Source: Candidatus Heimdallarchaeota archaeon
Lineage (GTDB): Archaea; Asgardarchaeota; Heimdallarchaeia; JABLTI01
Direction: 5' to 3'
NCBI GenBank assembly: GCA_019056785.1
Contig: DXJV01000100.1
Coordinates: 4,993 to 68,992 of the forward strand
Length of the DNA: 64,000 bases
Part shown: in pieces, positions 46,218 to 56,272 of the stretch
Position numbering within the stretch: the stretch's first letter is position 1
Layout: every line of letters begins with the position of its first letter
The notes under the pieces: model-generated
What the model was told of the DNA's origin: nothing
The model's input: only the letters and a program-made list of their open reading frames with translations
The model's database searches: none
Translations under genes and position numbers: made by a program

Positions 46218-47411
46218 TTACTCTTTGATTTTCTTTTTTAACGGCCGATCGTTCTTTGTCCTTGGTTTATCTTGCTGTTCGAGCCATTGCAAGAGGTTTG
46301 CTTGGTCGATAATTTTTCTTGCAACTGCTTTTTGTGCTTTCGTTTTCGAAGGGCCGGTTCCAAGCTCAAAATAATTTTCGCCTTCGACTTGTAGATGAAG
46401 GAGCAGTAGCACAATTTTTTCTTTCTTCTCAGTCGCTTCCTTTTGTTTCTTCCGCTCTTTTTCGTCGAGTTCTACCAGCCATGCTGCCACGCGCAGTTGT
46501 TCTTTAAAAAGGGCGCTTAACTGTGCCAGTAAGTAGTAGGGGTTTGTTTCCCTTTTCGCCCGCGCCCACTCTACCAGCCGTTTGTTTGGGTCGAGCCTAA
46601 TTGTCAATTCCTCTCCACTGTTAATGAAATCGTTTGTTCTTAGAAAGCGTAGCTCCGTTTCCTCGAGAGAGTGCATTGGTCTGCCAGCAAATAAGATTCG
46701 TTTTGTTTCTTCTCGCCGAGCATATTCATCAGCTATTCTTTCCTGTACCTTTCCCAGTGTTCGCAACAATTTGTATGCCACATCTTGTTCGGCATCCTTT
46801 TTTTTAGCATACAAACCACTCTTCAATTTGTATGTTTTCCCGTGGTATCGCGCCAGTATGGTACACTGCCAGTTTGGTTGGTGCTCTTCCCCGAAGTTTT
46901 GCCAATCGTATGCTGGCAACGCTTCTTTTTCTTTTTGAAAAAGTTCATTCAGTTCTCCCTTCCAGTTGCGGTCAATATACTTATTCTTGTTAGCAATTTC
47001 CAATAATTGCTTGACAATTTCTTTGACTGTTTTAAACCCATTTACTTTGTAACTTGCTGCAAGAAGGGATTCAATTGCTTCCTTTATTTCATTGTCTGTT
47101 GCCTGATGGTTCGGCTTGTGGCTGTTAATTGCTTCATCTAACCCGAGCCATTGTCCAAGCAAAACAAGTGTCCGTCGCGAATGAAATGCCGTCCTCAGTT
47201 TTGTTTGTAACCCCACGTCCTTAATTTCCGGAAAGATCTCCAAAAGGGCTCTATTGAGAAGGTTGTCCCCCTCGAGTGCTAATTTTTTAAACTCCTTTGT
47301 CCCCCCGCACGATTTTGGTTTTGTTGCTTTTTCGACGAGTTCGGGGTGTTGCTCTAGTTTAAAGAATTTAACAAATGGAGGGACAGTTGAGGGATGGGGC
47401 ATGTAGTTCAC
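46218..47411 (-). CDS. RNase III-like domain protein with two dsRNA-binding-domain-like modules
   Basis: KKLALEGDNLLNRAL (compare RNase III/Mini-III LEFLGD / LAYLGD) and IKEAIESLLAASY (compare AD.FEALIGAIY). Canonical dsRBD: NWKGELNELFQKE...PAYDW...EEHQPNWQCTILARYHGKTYKLKSGLYAKKKDAEQDVAYKLL. Second partial dsRBD: HLQVEGENYFELGTGPSKTKAQKAVARKII. Confidence 0.55.
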   Translation of the reverse strand: MNYMPHPSTVPPFVKFFKLEQHPELVEKATKPKSCGGTKEFKKLALEGDNLLNRALLEIFPEIKDVGLQTKLRTAFHSRRTLVLLGQWLGLDEAINSHKPNHQATDNEIKEAIESLLAASYKVNGFKTVKEIVKQLLEIANKNKYIDRNWKGELNELFQKEKEALPAYDWQNFGEEHQPNWQCTILARYHGKTYKLKSGLYAKKKDAEQDVAYKLLRTLGKVQERIADEYARREETKRILFAGRPMHSLEETELRFLRTNDFINSGEELTIRLDPNKRLVEWARAKRETNPYYLLAQLSALFKEQLRVAAWLVELDEKERKKQKEATEKKEKIVLLLLHLQVEGENYFELGTGPSKTKAQKAVARKIIDQANLLQWLEQQDKPRTKNDRPLKKKIKE

Positions 47412-47442
47412 CTTTCGTATTCTTTGATGATGATAATAATAA

Positions 47443-48321
47443 TTACTCTTTTAATTTTGCAATAGTAAAACCATTTCCGGGCCCTTTATACCGAGGGAAG
47501 CGCTCACGATTAAGCGTGCCTTTCTTATGTTGAATGGCATTTTCGGGGCAGAGATTGTAGCACCTAAAACAAGCGATGCAGTTTCCCCCGAAATGAAATT
47601 CGCCTTCTGCAAAAAGGATATTATTTGTTGGACAATAATCCACACACTGCATACACTGAGTACAGCTTTCTTTATCAACGAAAAAGTATTTAGCAAAAAC
47701 GGCTGGTTTGAGGATTTTCATTGGCACCCTTTGCATTAATCCTCCTGCAATGTTGAACGGATCTCTCCCTTGTAGCCATTTCTTCCCCGCTAAAATATTT
47801 GCTGCTAATCGAACGATCTTCTCTTCTGCTTTTTGTTTTAGTTTGGTATTTTCTTTTTCGTTTATAATCGGTAATGAACGTAAAACTAGATAAGGAAGCC
47901 GAATATTATTCATCATTTTTATATTAATTGCTTGATTAACTTTGTACCCTTTTTTTCTAAGCATTCGTGCTGCAACCATGGCGCCGTCGCCACTGAATAG
48001 CATCATCGTAGTAAAAACGAATGCTGCTTTCCTATTTCCTTTAGGGAGTCGTTGCTTCAGGAATTCTTTTACAAGGCCCGGACAATCCGAGCCGTAAATC
48101 GGATAGCCAATGCCTAAAACATCTGCTTCCACGAGTATTTGTTCGAGTTTTCTTTGCATCTGTACCTTTTCACTTTCCAAGGAGAGTACTTTTACACTTG
48201 CATTGTTTTCTCTTAATTTAACTGCAAGTGTTTGTGCCGCCCACCAAGTATTTCCTGTTCCGCTAAAATAAAAAATAACTACTTTAATTTGGTTCCACCT
48301 TAAATTGTTCGTTACTCCCAC
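47443..48321 (-). CDS. EFR1-family ferredoxin (flavodoxin-like domain plus 2x[4Fe-4S])
   Basis: VVIFYFSGTGNTWW flavodoxin-like N-terminus; CTQCMQCVDYCP and CIACFRCYNLCP clusters. Confidence 0.7.
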   Translation of the reverse strand: MGVTNNLRWNQIKVVIFYFSGTGNTWWAAQTLAVKLRENNASVKVLSLESEKVQMQRKLEQILVEADVLGIGYPIYGSDCPGLVKEFLKQRLPKGNRKAAFVFTTMMLFSGDGAMVAARMLRKKGYKVNQAINIKMMNNIRLPYLVLRSLPIINEKENTKLKQKAEEKIVRLAANILAGKKWLQGRDPFNIAGGLMQRVPMKILKPAVFAKYFFVDKESCTQCMQCVDYCPTNNILFAEGEFHFGGNCIACFRCYNLCPENAIQHKKGTLNRERFPRYKGPGNGFTIAKLKE

Positions 48322-48377
48322 AGTATATTTTTTAAAGTTAAAAATGTTGAGAATAATGTTGGCTGTTACTTATTCTA

Positions 48378-49103
48378 TCAAAACAATTCCAGAATGGTTG
48401 TTAGAGAGCGTACCTTCATTTTCGGTTTTAAAAGCCCTTCGAGATTAGTAAAAGCATTTGCCCGGTCGATAAGCACTGAAAACATTCCCGCCTGGTTTGC
48501 GCCTCTAATATCTGAGGTGGGGTTATCACCAATGAACATCGTTTTCTTGGCATTGTTAATTTCCAAGAGCTTTAAGGAATGCTGAAATATTGCCGGTTTT
48601 GGTTTGGATAAGGGAAAGGCGTGCTCTGGAGCAAGCACAAAAGCAAAAGCATCCTTTATTCCTGCTTTTTCCAGTCGCAAATTGATGATTTCTTTATCAC
48701 CATTGGAAACGATTGCCATTTTCACACCCTTCTGTTGTAAGGTGTCGATTGTTTCAAGAGCATCAGGATAGGGGGTTGACCTCTTGCTAAATTCTTCTAC
48801 GGTATAGGCCCAAAAGGCTTCTGCTTGTTGGTAGTCTATCTCACAACCAAACTCTTTGAGTGCTTTTATCAAGGCCTCAGTATTATTCACTTGATCAATA
48901 CAAAAACCCCGTGCATCAAATTTCTTTGCTTGCTCAGAAAAATAATGGAAATCCCAGCGTGCATGTACTTCTTTTGCCAAGTGCTTAGGTAAGTGCAAAT
49001 CTTCCAAGATCCGTTCGGTGATGATCTGGTGAATGCCTTGATTGTTAAAGATTGTTTCATCGGCATCAAAGAGTACAGCTTCAAACGTCATCCTTTTAAC
49101 CAC
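48378..49103 (-). CDS. HAD-superfamily hydrolase
   Basis: AVLFDADETIF (DxDxT), IVSNGD, FIGDNPTSDIRGA. Confidence 0.8.
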   Translation of the reverse strand: MVKRMTFEAVLFDADETIFNNQGIHQIITERILEDLHLPKHLAKEVHARWDFHYFSEQAKKFDARGFCIDQVNNTEALIKALKEFGCEIDYQQAEAFWAYTVEEFSKRSTPYPDALETIDTLQQKGVKMAIVSNGDKEIINLRLEKAGIKDAFAFVLAPEHAFPLSKPKPAIFQHSLKLLEINNAKKTMFIGDNPTSDIRGANQAGMFSVLIDRANAFTNLEGLLKPKMKVRSLTTILELF

Positions 49104-49172
49104 GGTTATTCAGTTTCTTTTTCGTCGCGTGTGTTTATAATTGCTCTTTCGAGAAAGTAATTAAAAGGTTTA

Positions 49173-50534
49173 ATGTTCTATCTTCTTTTAGTAGGTGAAA
49201 GAAATTTGACACTGGTCACAACCCATGTTGCTTTTGAGGGGATTCTGGTTTGGCTTTTTATGGGAAAAAAGAATCGTGAACTCTTTCAGAACAAACTCTG
49301 GCTTTTTACTGGGTTAACACTTTTTGCAGCATTTCCTGACCTTGATGCGTTTATTTATATACACCGGACATATCTTCACACCGTTGTTTGGCCGTTACTT
49401 ATTATTTGTGGTGTTTTAGGATATCGTGCGGTAATTAGAATGCAACATAAAGAACCGCTTTCTGAAAAAGCTTTACTCATCACCCGCAGCATTCTTCTTG
49501 CTTGTGTCTTTCTCATTTTGCATAGTCTCCTCGACTTGAATCCCGGACCGGTGTTGCTGTTCTACCCTTTTGACAATCGTCTCTATAGCTGGAATGTGAG
49601 TATTCTCTGGGATTTGAACTCGGTGTTGTTTATCAAAGGAATACACTTTAGCTGGTCAAGCGTCTCTCTTACAGAAGGACTAAATGCCTATCCTCTTTTT
49701 AATCTCTCACCCGCAGAACGGATTCAGTATTTTGGTGCTGAATTTTTGGAGATTTTCATCAGTGACTTTCCCCTTCATTTTCTACTGGGGTTGAGCTGGC
49801 TTGCCTTCTTTCCGGGGCGGGCGATTTACGCCCACTTCCAGGGTAGACCAAATGTTTCTGCTTTCTTCCGGAAACTTAATCGACTGAAGAGCCCTCTTCT
49901 CTCGCTTGGACTTTTGTTGTTGGTGTTTGGGCTTATTCTCGGGCCGGGATTTCAGCTCCATCGCACTGAGACGCGTACCACTACAACAAAATTATCGTTT
50001 TCAGAAACGAGTGCTCACTATGGTTTTGCACAAAATTTTGACCTGGGAAAGAAGAGCCAGCTTGATGTTGCAGGGTCTTATGTTGGGAATACTTCTACCT
50101 GTAAGTTAGCGCTTCTCATTTCGAACCAAAGCCTTTTCCAAGCCTATACGTCTAATATTACATTGACTTTTGAACGTTATTTCAATGGGAGCTATTCTTA
50201 TGCCTGGTTGGTGAATAGCTATCGCAATCTTACTCAAGCCTTTCTAGGCGTTTCTCTTCAGCATCAGCTTATTGACTACAATCGAACTGCCAACCTTTCT
50301 CTTCCCCTTGAATCACCAGCCACATTAACGTCGGCCATTCTCCTCCTCGATTGGAACAATAGCAACCCTTCTTTTTCGGTTGATATTTTCTTGCAGAATA
50401 CGCTTCATCTCAATCGCCGTGGTGCCTTTGCCTCGGGGATGGTCCTTGCGTCTCTTGGTATACTCTTACTGGCGTTCATTCTTCCTCAAGCCATTTCTCA
50501 AATAGGCCAAAAACCGCCTGAAAATAGTGCCTAA
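49173..50534 (+). CDS. membrane protein, N-terminal YdjM/DUF457-like metal-dependent hydrolase region, large extracytoplasmic C-terminal domain
   Basis: AFPDLDAFIYIHRTYLHT motif within TM helices; many N-x-S/T sequons in the C-terminal half; terminal TM. Confidence 0.45.
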   Translation: MFYLLLVGERNLTLVTTHVAFEGILVWLFMGKKNRELFQNKLWLFTGLTLFAAFPDLDAFIYIHRTYLHTVVWPLLIICGVLGYRAVIRMQHKEPLSEKALLITRSILLACVFLILHSLLDLNPGPVLLFYPFDNRLYSWNVSILWDLNSVLFIKGIHFSWSSVSLTEGLNAYPLFNLSPAERIQYFGAEFLEIFISDFPLHFLLGLSWLAFFPGRAIYAHFQGRPNVSAFFRKLNRLKSPLLSLGLLLLVFGLILGPGFQLHRTETRTTTTKLSFSETSAHYGFAQNFDLGKKSQLDVAGSYVGNTSTCKLALLISNQSLFQAYTSNITLTFERYFNGSYSYAWLVNSYRNLTQAFLGVSLQHQLIDYNRTANLSLPLESPATLTSAILLLDWNNSNPSFSVDIFLQNTLHLNRRGAFASGMVLASLGILLLAFILPQAISQIGQKPPENSA

Positions 50535-50654
50535 TTTTTGCTTTTTTCCGTTTTTTTTACTGTGAAAATTGTCAAATTTCATTTAAAAATAAGTCATTAG
50601 TTTTAAGAATATTCATTCTACTTTAAACTTGAATGTCGCTGTGGTTGTGGTTGA

Positions 50655-51908
50655 ATGAAAACAAGACGAATGCTACTTATCTTTCTCGTGTTAGCAACTT
50701 TAGCACCAGTCTTTTTGGCTTCTGTAAATGTGCGAACCTTGCAAATGAACCAAATAGATACAGATATAAGCGCTAATCTCATTGCTGTGGGCTCAACTGC
50801 TCCAGACTGGACAATGAAAGAACTCCGATCAGATGTTAACAAAACCTTTTCCGTTGAGTATAGCGGCAAAGTAGTGATGATCGATTTCTTTGCCACCTGG
50901 TGTGGTCCGTGTAGAGACGCTATGCCATACATTAAGCAAATTAATGATTATTTTGCCGGCGAGTCGAAATTCGTACTTATGAGTATCTCAGGGGATGATC
51001 CAAATTACGACGAAGCCGATCTCAAGCAGTTTGCCGATGACTATGAAATGGATTGGCTGATCTTCCACGATAAAACGCAGCAAGTTTCAGATGATTATGA
51101 TATTAGTGCCATCCCAACGATGGCAATTATTTCGAAAACTGGGTATATCTATTATATTGAAGAGGGCTTTGGTGGGGTTGACCTCTTAAAGGCAAAAGTT
51201 CAAACTCTATTAGACCTTTCAGACAATGCAGCGCCAGTTGTTAATGAATTGATTGTTACAACAAATGTTACCGATGCCTTACTCCGCCATCTCAAACTTA
51301 GCCTTACCCTCGGCGGCACCACGCTTACAAGTGATCTTTGGAATCCCGATTCAACAAAATTAACACATTCCTTTAATGTCAATCCCGTAGATATTTGGGA
51401 CGCCACACAAGCAGGCAAAGAGAATGTGACAGTCCATTTACTTGCTGAGGATTATGTGGGCAAGTCAACAACAGCAGAACTTGTTGTGGATTTAACAAAA
51501 CTAACAGATAGTGGTCCACCAACAGTAAGTATCACTCGCATTGAAGAGATTGATTCCTCCATCGGACAAAATTTCAAGATCTATGCCTCGTTTGCCGACG
51601 ATTTACTGCTCATTAATAAATCGATTCAGATTTGGATTAATGCTGCCCTCGCAGTTGAGGAAACCTCCCTTCAACACGATACCGGAAATGTCTATTTTGC
51701 GTCCTTCTATAGTGTACCTGTCACCAAGAAAATGACGATCGAAATAAAAGCAGTTGCAAAGGATGTCGCAGGAAACACGGCTGAGGGAACACAGACATAT
51801 GTTGTGACTGACAACACAGGCATAATATTTCCACTTGTGCTGGGAGGTATTCTCTTAGCTAACCTGCTCCTCTTACCGCTCTATCGAAAGAGAGGGCAAC
51901 GAGCATAA
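50655..51908 (+). CDS. secreted TlpA/ResA-like thioredoxin-fold protein with Ig-like C-terminal region and TM anchor
   Basis: Signal peptide; FFATWCGPCRDAMP (WCGPC active site); C-terminal TM plus YRKRGQR. Confidence 0.7.
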   Translation: MKTRRMLLIFLVLATLAPVFLASVNVRTLQMNQIDTDISANLIAVGSTAPDWTMKELRSDVNKTFSVEYSGKVVMIDFFATWCGPCRDAMPYIKQINDYFAGESKFVLMSISGDDPNYDEADLKQFADDYEMDWLIFHDKTQQVSDDYDISAIPTMAIISKTGYIYYIEEGFGGVDLLKAKVQTLLDLSDNAAPVVNELIVTTNVTDALLRHLKLSLTLGGTTLTSDLWNPDSTKLTHSFNVNPVDIWDATQAGKENVTVHLLAEDYVGKSTTAELVVDLTKLTDSGPPTVSITRIEEIDSSIGQNFKIYASFADDLLLINKSIQIWINAALAVEETSLQHDTGNVYFASFYSVPVTKKMTIEIKAVAKDVAGNTAEGTQTYVVTDNTGIIFPLVLGGILLANLLLLPLYRKRGQRA

Positions 51909-52006
51909 GGGGTGTCTTTTCCCTCATCAATTTGTCGCAATGTCTGTTTAGGCATTGCGTCTTCACCTCTTTCCCGTTAAACTCCTCTTAACTTGGTTGA
52001 TGCTTT

Positions 52007-53440
52007 ATGGCTGAAGAAATTATAAAATCAAAACAAAGTAAAAAATGGCTAAAGGTTGTTGCAATCACTCTCTCACTTGTGGTGGTACTTTCCGGTATTA
52101 GTTACGGCATTTACTATTTTGTGAGCAATCGCCGGTCCGAACCTGCACAAGATTTTTCAGTGATGACGTTAACGAATAAGAATTTCACCCTCTCGAATTA
52201 TCGGGGCAAGGTGATCTTACTCGATTTTATGAGCGTTTCTTGTATCCCTTGTCAAGAACTGATGCCTGAGCTGGCAACAATTCGCGACCATTTTAATGAG
52301 AGCTTAGTTATGCTTTCCATTGATGTGGACCTGACTGATACGGTAGCACAATTACTCAATTTCAGCTCGAAATATAATGCAACATGGGAATTTGCTTTTG
52401 ATACAGATAACCTCCAGGAAAAATATGGGGTGCTCCAGATCCCAAAGACAGTTGTTATCGACCAGAATGGGTTTATCACGTTTGCAGAAACAGGCTTTCA
52501 AGCAGGTGGTTCCAAACTCAAGGAAATCATCCAAAAAACCCTCGAGGGAAAGGCCGAGCCCATTTTTACCGCGACCTTTGGTGTTTCTATTGGCGCTGCG
52601 TTTATTGCCGGGTTTCTCTCATTCTTCTCGCCATGTGCTTTTCCGCTTCTCCCAGGGTACATGGCATACAATCTTGACCTTATGGTACGGTCAGATGACA
52701 AAGAAAAGGCTGAAGAGAATACGCGTTTTCAGTCACAAAAAGGGCGTTTCTGGAAGTCACTTATCTGGGGGAGTGCTTCCGGCCTGGGAATCTTTCTCTT
52801 TTACATGATAATTGGGATTGTCATTTCTGTGCTGGTGCTGGTATACGATAAAAGTTTGGAGAACCTTGATAAGATTGCAGAGATTTCTGAGTACATTCAA
52901 CTTTCGGTTGGCTTATTACTTATTATTTTAGGTATTCTTTCTTTTACCCCTATTTCGCTTGATATGAGTAAAATTATCATTAAAATTGAAACGGCTTCTC
53001 AAAGGAGAAAAGAACGCCGTCGGCAACGGAAAATTGCCAAGGGACTTATCAAAGATGCCGATGCAGCTGAAGCTACGGCCCCCGGGAAAGCGCCCTCACA
53101 TTTTAAACGTTGGCTTCCCCAAATGACGCAGCTCTTCATTTATGGCATAACCTATGCCCTTGCCTCTATTGGTTGCAGTTTACCCATCTTATTGAGCCTA
53201 ATGCTTACGGCCTTTAATGCAGGAACATTTGCAAAAGCAATCTCAATTTTCATTGTTTACTCCCTTGTCATGGCTATCCTCATGGTAGTTATTGCCATTC
53301 TGGTTGGCTTCTCGAAAGAAACTTTGATTACCAAACTTCAAGCTTCCACGAAATTTGTCAAAATTTTCACAGGAGTCCTGTTGATCCTCGCTGGTGGGTT
53401 CCTAGTTGGCTATTTCCTATGGAATCGTTTTAAAATATAA
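52007..53440 (+). CDS. fusion of TlpA-like thioredoxin domain and CcdA/DsbD-type thiol-disulfide transporter
   Basis: N-terminal TM; FMSVSCIPCQELMP (CxxC); membrane domain with FFSPCAFPLLPGY and IGCSLPIL motifs typical of CcdA. Confidence 0.7.
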   Translation: MAEEIIKSKQSKKWLKVVAITLSLVVVLSGISYGIYYFVSNRRSEPAQDFSVMTLTNKNFTLSNYRGKVILLDFMSVSCIPCQELMPELATIRDHFNESLVMLSIDVDLTDTVAQLLNFSSKYNATWEFAFDTDNLQEKYGVLQIPKTVVIDQNGFITFAETGFQAGGSKLKEIIQKTLEGKAEPIFTATFGVSIGAAFIAGFLSFFSPCAFPLLPGYMAYNLDLMVRSDDKEKAEENTRFQSQKGRFWKSLIWGSASGLGIFLFYMIIGIVISVLVLVYDKSLENLDKIAEISEYIQLSVGLLLIILGILSFTPISLDMSKIIIKIETASQRRKERRRQRKIAKGLIKDADAAEATAPGKAPSHFKRWLPQMTQLFIYGITYALASIGCSLPILLSLMLTAFNAGTFAKAISIFIVYSLVMAILMVVIAILVGFSKETLITKLQASTKFVKIFTGVLLILAGGFLVGYFLWNRFKI

Positions 53441-53459
53441 AGAAGCATAAAATTAGCTG

Positions 53460-54008
53460 ATGAAAAAAATGCTCAAGAAAAAAACACTGTTAGTCCTCCC
53501 CCTTGTACTTGGCTTGCTTTTAGCCCCGAGCCTTTTACGCCCCGCACAAGTTGCTCTTGCTGCATTCCCCCCGGTGCTTTCGGTCTCTCACTCTCCTTCG
53601 ACTGTTTATTATCAAACCAATGTAACTGTAATGGTCACGTTCACTGATGATACGAATGTTTCGTCCATTTTAGTGCAGTACTGCGCACTCGAGCCGGAGT
53701 TCCTATGCCACTTCCCTAAAATAACGATGATTCGTGTTAGCCCGAATACTTGGCAAGGGGCATTTGTTGTCCAAGAAGAAAGTGGCGTCATTGGCTATGA
53801 GTTACAAATAACCTTCAATGATCAATTATACTTAGCTCCAAATGCGTCCGACTTTCTCGGCCATTCGAATATTGTTGAAGCTTCTCCAGGCGTCTTTTAT
53901 TTCTCCATTGATTTGAATCAAGAAACCAAGACATCGCCGTTTGGGGCGAAACCCTTACTGATTGGCTTTGTTTTTCTTGCTATTCTCATTTATCGGAAGA
54001 GACGATGA
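53460..54008 (+). CDS. secreted protein with C-terminal TM anchor, unknown function
   Basis: Signal peptide, beta-rich middle, C-terminal TM plus YRKRR. Co-directional with the two thioredoxin genes. Confidence 0.45.
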   Translation: MKKMLKKKTLLVLPLVLGLLLAPSLLRPAQVALAAFPPVLSVSHSPSTVYYQTNVTVMVTFTDDTNVSSILVQYCALEPEFLCHFPKITMIRVSPNTWQGAFVVQEESGVIGYELQITFNDQLYLAPNASDFLGHSNIVEASPGVFYFSIDLNQETKTSPFGAKPLLIGFVFLAILIYRKRR

Positions 54009-54056
54009 GAAGGATTTTTTTCCAGGAAATTTTCTGGAAATTTTTTCTCTTTTTCT

Positions 54057-54509
54057 TCATGCCGTTTTAATGTCATAGGTTAAATTAATAGTAGTTTTCA
54101 ACGAGTTTGTTATCAAGCAATACTTCTTCGTCAAGTCGACACATTTTTCTGCGGCTTTTCGATTTTCTTCGTCTTCTATGCGTATCTCGAGATGTACATC
54201 TACCTTTGTGAACATCATTCCTCGATCTTCAGCGGGGCCGAGAACGCCTGTCGCATCCACCGTCAACCCCACAAGGCCGATGTCAAGTTTTTCAGCCATG
54301 GCACAATAGGTGGTCAGTTTACAACCTGCAAGTGCTCCGACAAAAAGATCCTCCGGAGAATGAATGCCAGGCTTGCCGCCCTTAAATTCGGGGGGTGTAG
54401 CGATCTTAATCAGTGGCTTTTCCTTGTCATCAAGGATGAAATTTCCCACTCTGTCTTCGATCATCTCAATTTTCACATGATATTTGTGTCCTTCTGCCAA
54501 TTGGATCAC
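54057..54509 (-). CDS. OsmC/Ohr family peroxiredoxin-like protein
   Basis: SPEDLFVGALAGCKLTTY and C-terminal KYCLITNSL Cys motifs. Confidence 0.75.
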   Translation of the reverse strand: MIQLAEGHKYHVKIEMIEDRVGNFILDDKEKPLIKIATPPEFKGGKPGIHSPEDLFVGALAGCKLTTYCAMAEKLDIGLVGLTVDATGVLGPAEDRGMMFTKVDVHLEIRIEDEENRKAAEKCVDLTKKYCLITNSLKTTINLTYDIKTA

Positions 54510-54622
54510 TCTTTCTTAGTTACTATGACAAAAGAATTTTAATCCTTTATTAAATTCCTTATTAGTAAGTGAGAAATTCTTCTTACCCAAAAAGTTAGAA
54601 ACTAAAGTGTCGTGAAAAAAAA

Positions 54623-55396
54623 ATGGCAAAAGCACTCATAACTCTTCTCCCGCATGAAGCTAAAAAGATAATTGCTATTGGAATTACTCAATTAGACTTT
54701 CTTCAGGAAAAAATGAAGAAAGGACACATCTATATTGCTCGAGGAACGACAAATGCCTATGTTCTCGAGGAAATGATGGCAATTCGTGAATTCGATAAAA
54801 GCCGCTATGTTGCAGGGCAAATTGTTCCTACCGGGAAACGGCTTACTGCCTGCCCCTCAGACAAACGGCTCAAAGAAGTGCTCTTTATTGATGGCAAACC
54901 GAAAGAAATAGAGTCTATTCAGCAAGCACTTGATGTGATGGAAAAAGGTGATATCATTATTAAAGGGGGCAATGCTTTAGACCCCGATGGAGTTGCTGGC
55001 GTTCTATTGGGTGACCCACAAGGGGGCACGTGTGGCGCCTTTTGGGGGTCATTAGCCGCAAAAGGCCTCCGCTTGCTCATTCCCATCGGTCTCGAGAAGT
55101 TGGTCGCACATTCCATTCTCTACAGCACACAAGATATGGGCATTCAAGAAGTGGACTTTGCAGACGGCTTTCCTTCTGGACTCTTCCCCTTAATTGGTGA
55201 TGTATTCACCGAGATAGATGCTTTATACACTCTCTTTGATTTGGATGATGTTATTCATGTAGCCAGCGGCGGTGTTGGCGGTGCTGAAGGAGCAGTCACT
55301 CTTTTACTCGTTGGCGAAAAAAATGTTATTAAGAAAGCCTTTGACTTCTGTCAAAAACTAAAAACCATCGAAGCATTTCACCCAACTCTCGAATAA
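54623..55396 (+). CDS. conserved hypothetical protein
   Basis: 257-aa ORF with good coding character; Gly-rich blocks (IIKGGNALDPDG, ASGGVGGAEG); family not recognised. Confidence 0.5.
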   Translation: MAKALITLLPHEAKKIIAIGITQLDFLQEKMKKGHIYIARGTTNAYVLEEMMAIREFDKSRYVAGQIVPTGKRLTACPSDKRLKEVLFIDGKPKEIESIQQALDVMEKGDIIIKGGNALDPDGVAGVLLGDPQGGTCGAFWGSLAAKGLRLLIPIGLEKLVAHSILYSTQDMGIQEVDFADGFPSGLFPLIGDVFTEIDALYTLFDLDDVIHVASGGVGGAEGAVTLLLVGEKNVIKKAFDFCQKLKTIEAFHPTLE

Positions 55397-55542
55397 GTTC
55401 GTCTCTTCCTCCACCCTTATTAGCCTACCCCTTGCAAAAAAATTGAAGGTAACTTTAAAGTGCCACCTAAGATAAATGATATTAAACATGAGGTTTTAGA
55501 TAATAGTAATTAGTGAAGAATTATTTGTGGTGAAACATTCTC

Positions 55543-56229
55543 ATGGCAATCAATACGCGGCGTCGTGCGCCGGCAATTAAACTGAAGATCCGTGACCTTC
55601 TTGAAGGCGAATTTGTCACTAACGCTGACGGTTCCAAAGCCCTTCACGTTAAAACGGATGATTTGTTACGACGGGCACGCATTCTAGGGGAGATTACCGG
55701 TAAAACCGTTGTAGAGCCGGAAGAAACAGTCATTCTCGAGATTACTGATAACACAGGAACCATTAAAGTGAAAGGAGGGGGCTCTAATTGGTCATCTGAC
55801 CTTTATCTGGAATTAAAAGAATTGAAGGAAGGGATTTTAGTTGATATTGTAGGCTTAGTGCGAGAGGGTGTTGAAGGGCAAATTTACCTTGATGTTGAGC
55901 TCTGTTTGCCTATTAAAGACCAATCGATCACCTTATTACGGGATCTCGAGATTACGAAATATTACACACGTAAAGGCCTTACCAATCAGGCCTCAGAAGG
56001 CTTAGCAACAGCAAAGAAAGAGCAAGAAACCCTCTCACGAAGCGATGAAATCAAGGATCAGATACTCGCGCTCTTAAAACAAGAAGAATATCTCGAAGAA
56101 GGTTGTTCTTTCGATGAAATTAAGCGACTGTTAAATCTTACAACAAAAGAACTCGAGCCTGAACTTCGCTCTCTTCAAAGTGACGGCGAAATTTTCGAGC
56201 CCATTCCTGGGACCTTTAAATACGTGTAG
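55543..56229 (+). CDS. OB-fold protein with C-terminal winged helix (RPA32/Stn1-like layout)
   Basis: N-terminal beta-rich OB-like region (RILGEITGKTVV...IKVKGG...VDIVGLVRE). The C-terminal ILALLKQEE...FDEIKRLLNLTTKELEPELRSLQSDGEIFEP is wHTH-like. Confidence 0.45.
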   Translation: MAINTRRRAPAIKLKIRDLLEGEFVTNADGSKALHVKTDDLLRRARILGEITGKTVVEPEETVILEITDNTGTIKVKGGGSNWSSDLYLELKELKEGILVDIVGLVREGVEGQIYLDVELCLPIKDQSITLLRDLEITKYYTRKGLTNQASEGLATAKKEQETLSRSDEIKDQILALLKQEEYLEEGCSFDEIKRLLNLTTKELEPELRSLQSDGEIFEPIPGTFKYV

Positions 56230-56272
56230 CTCAAAATTCTCCCGGACTTGTAGTGATACGTTTTTCTTTCAA

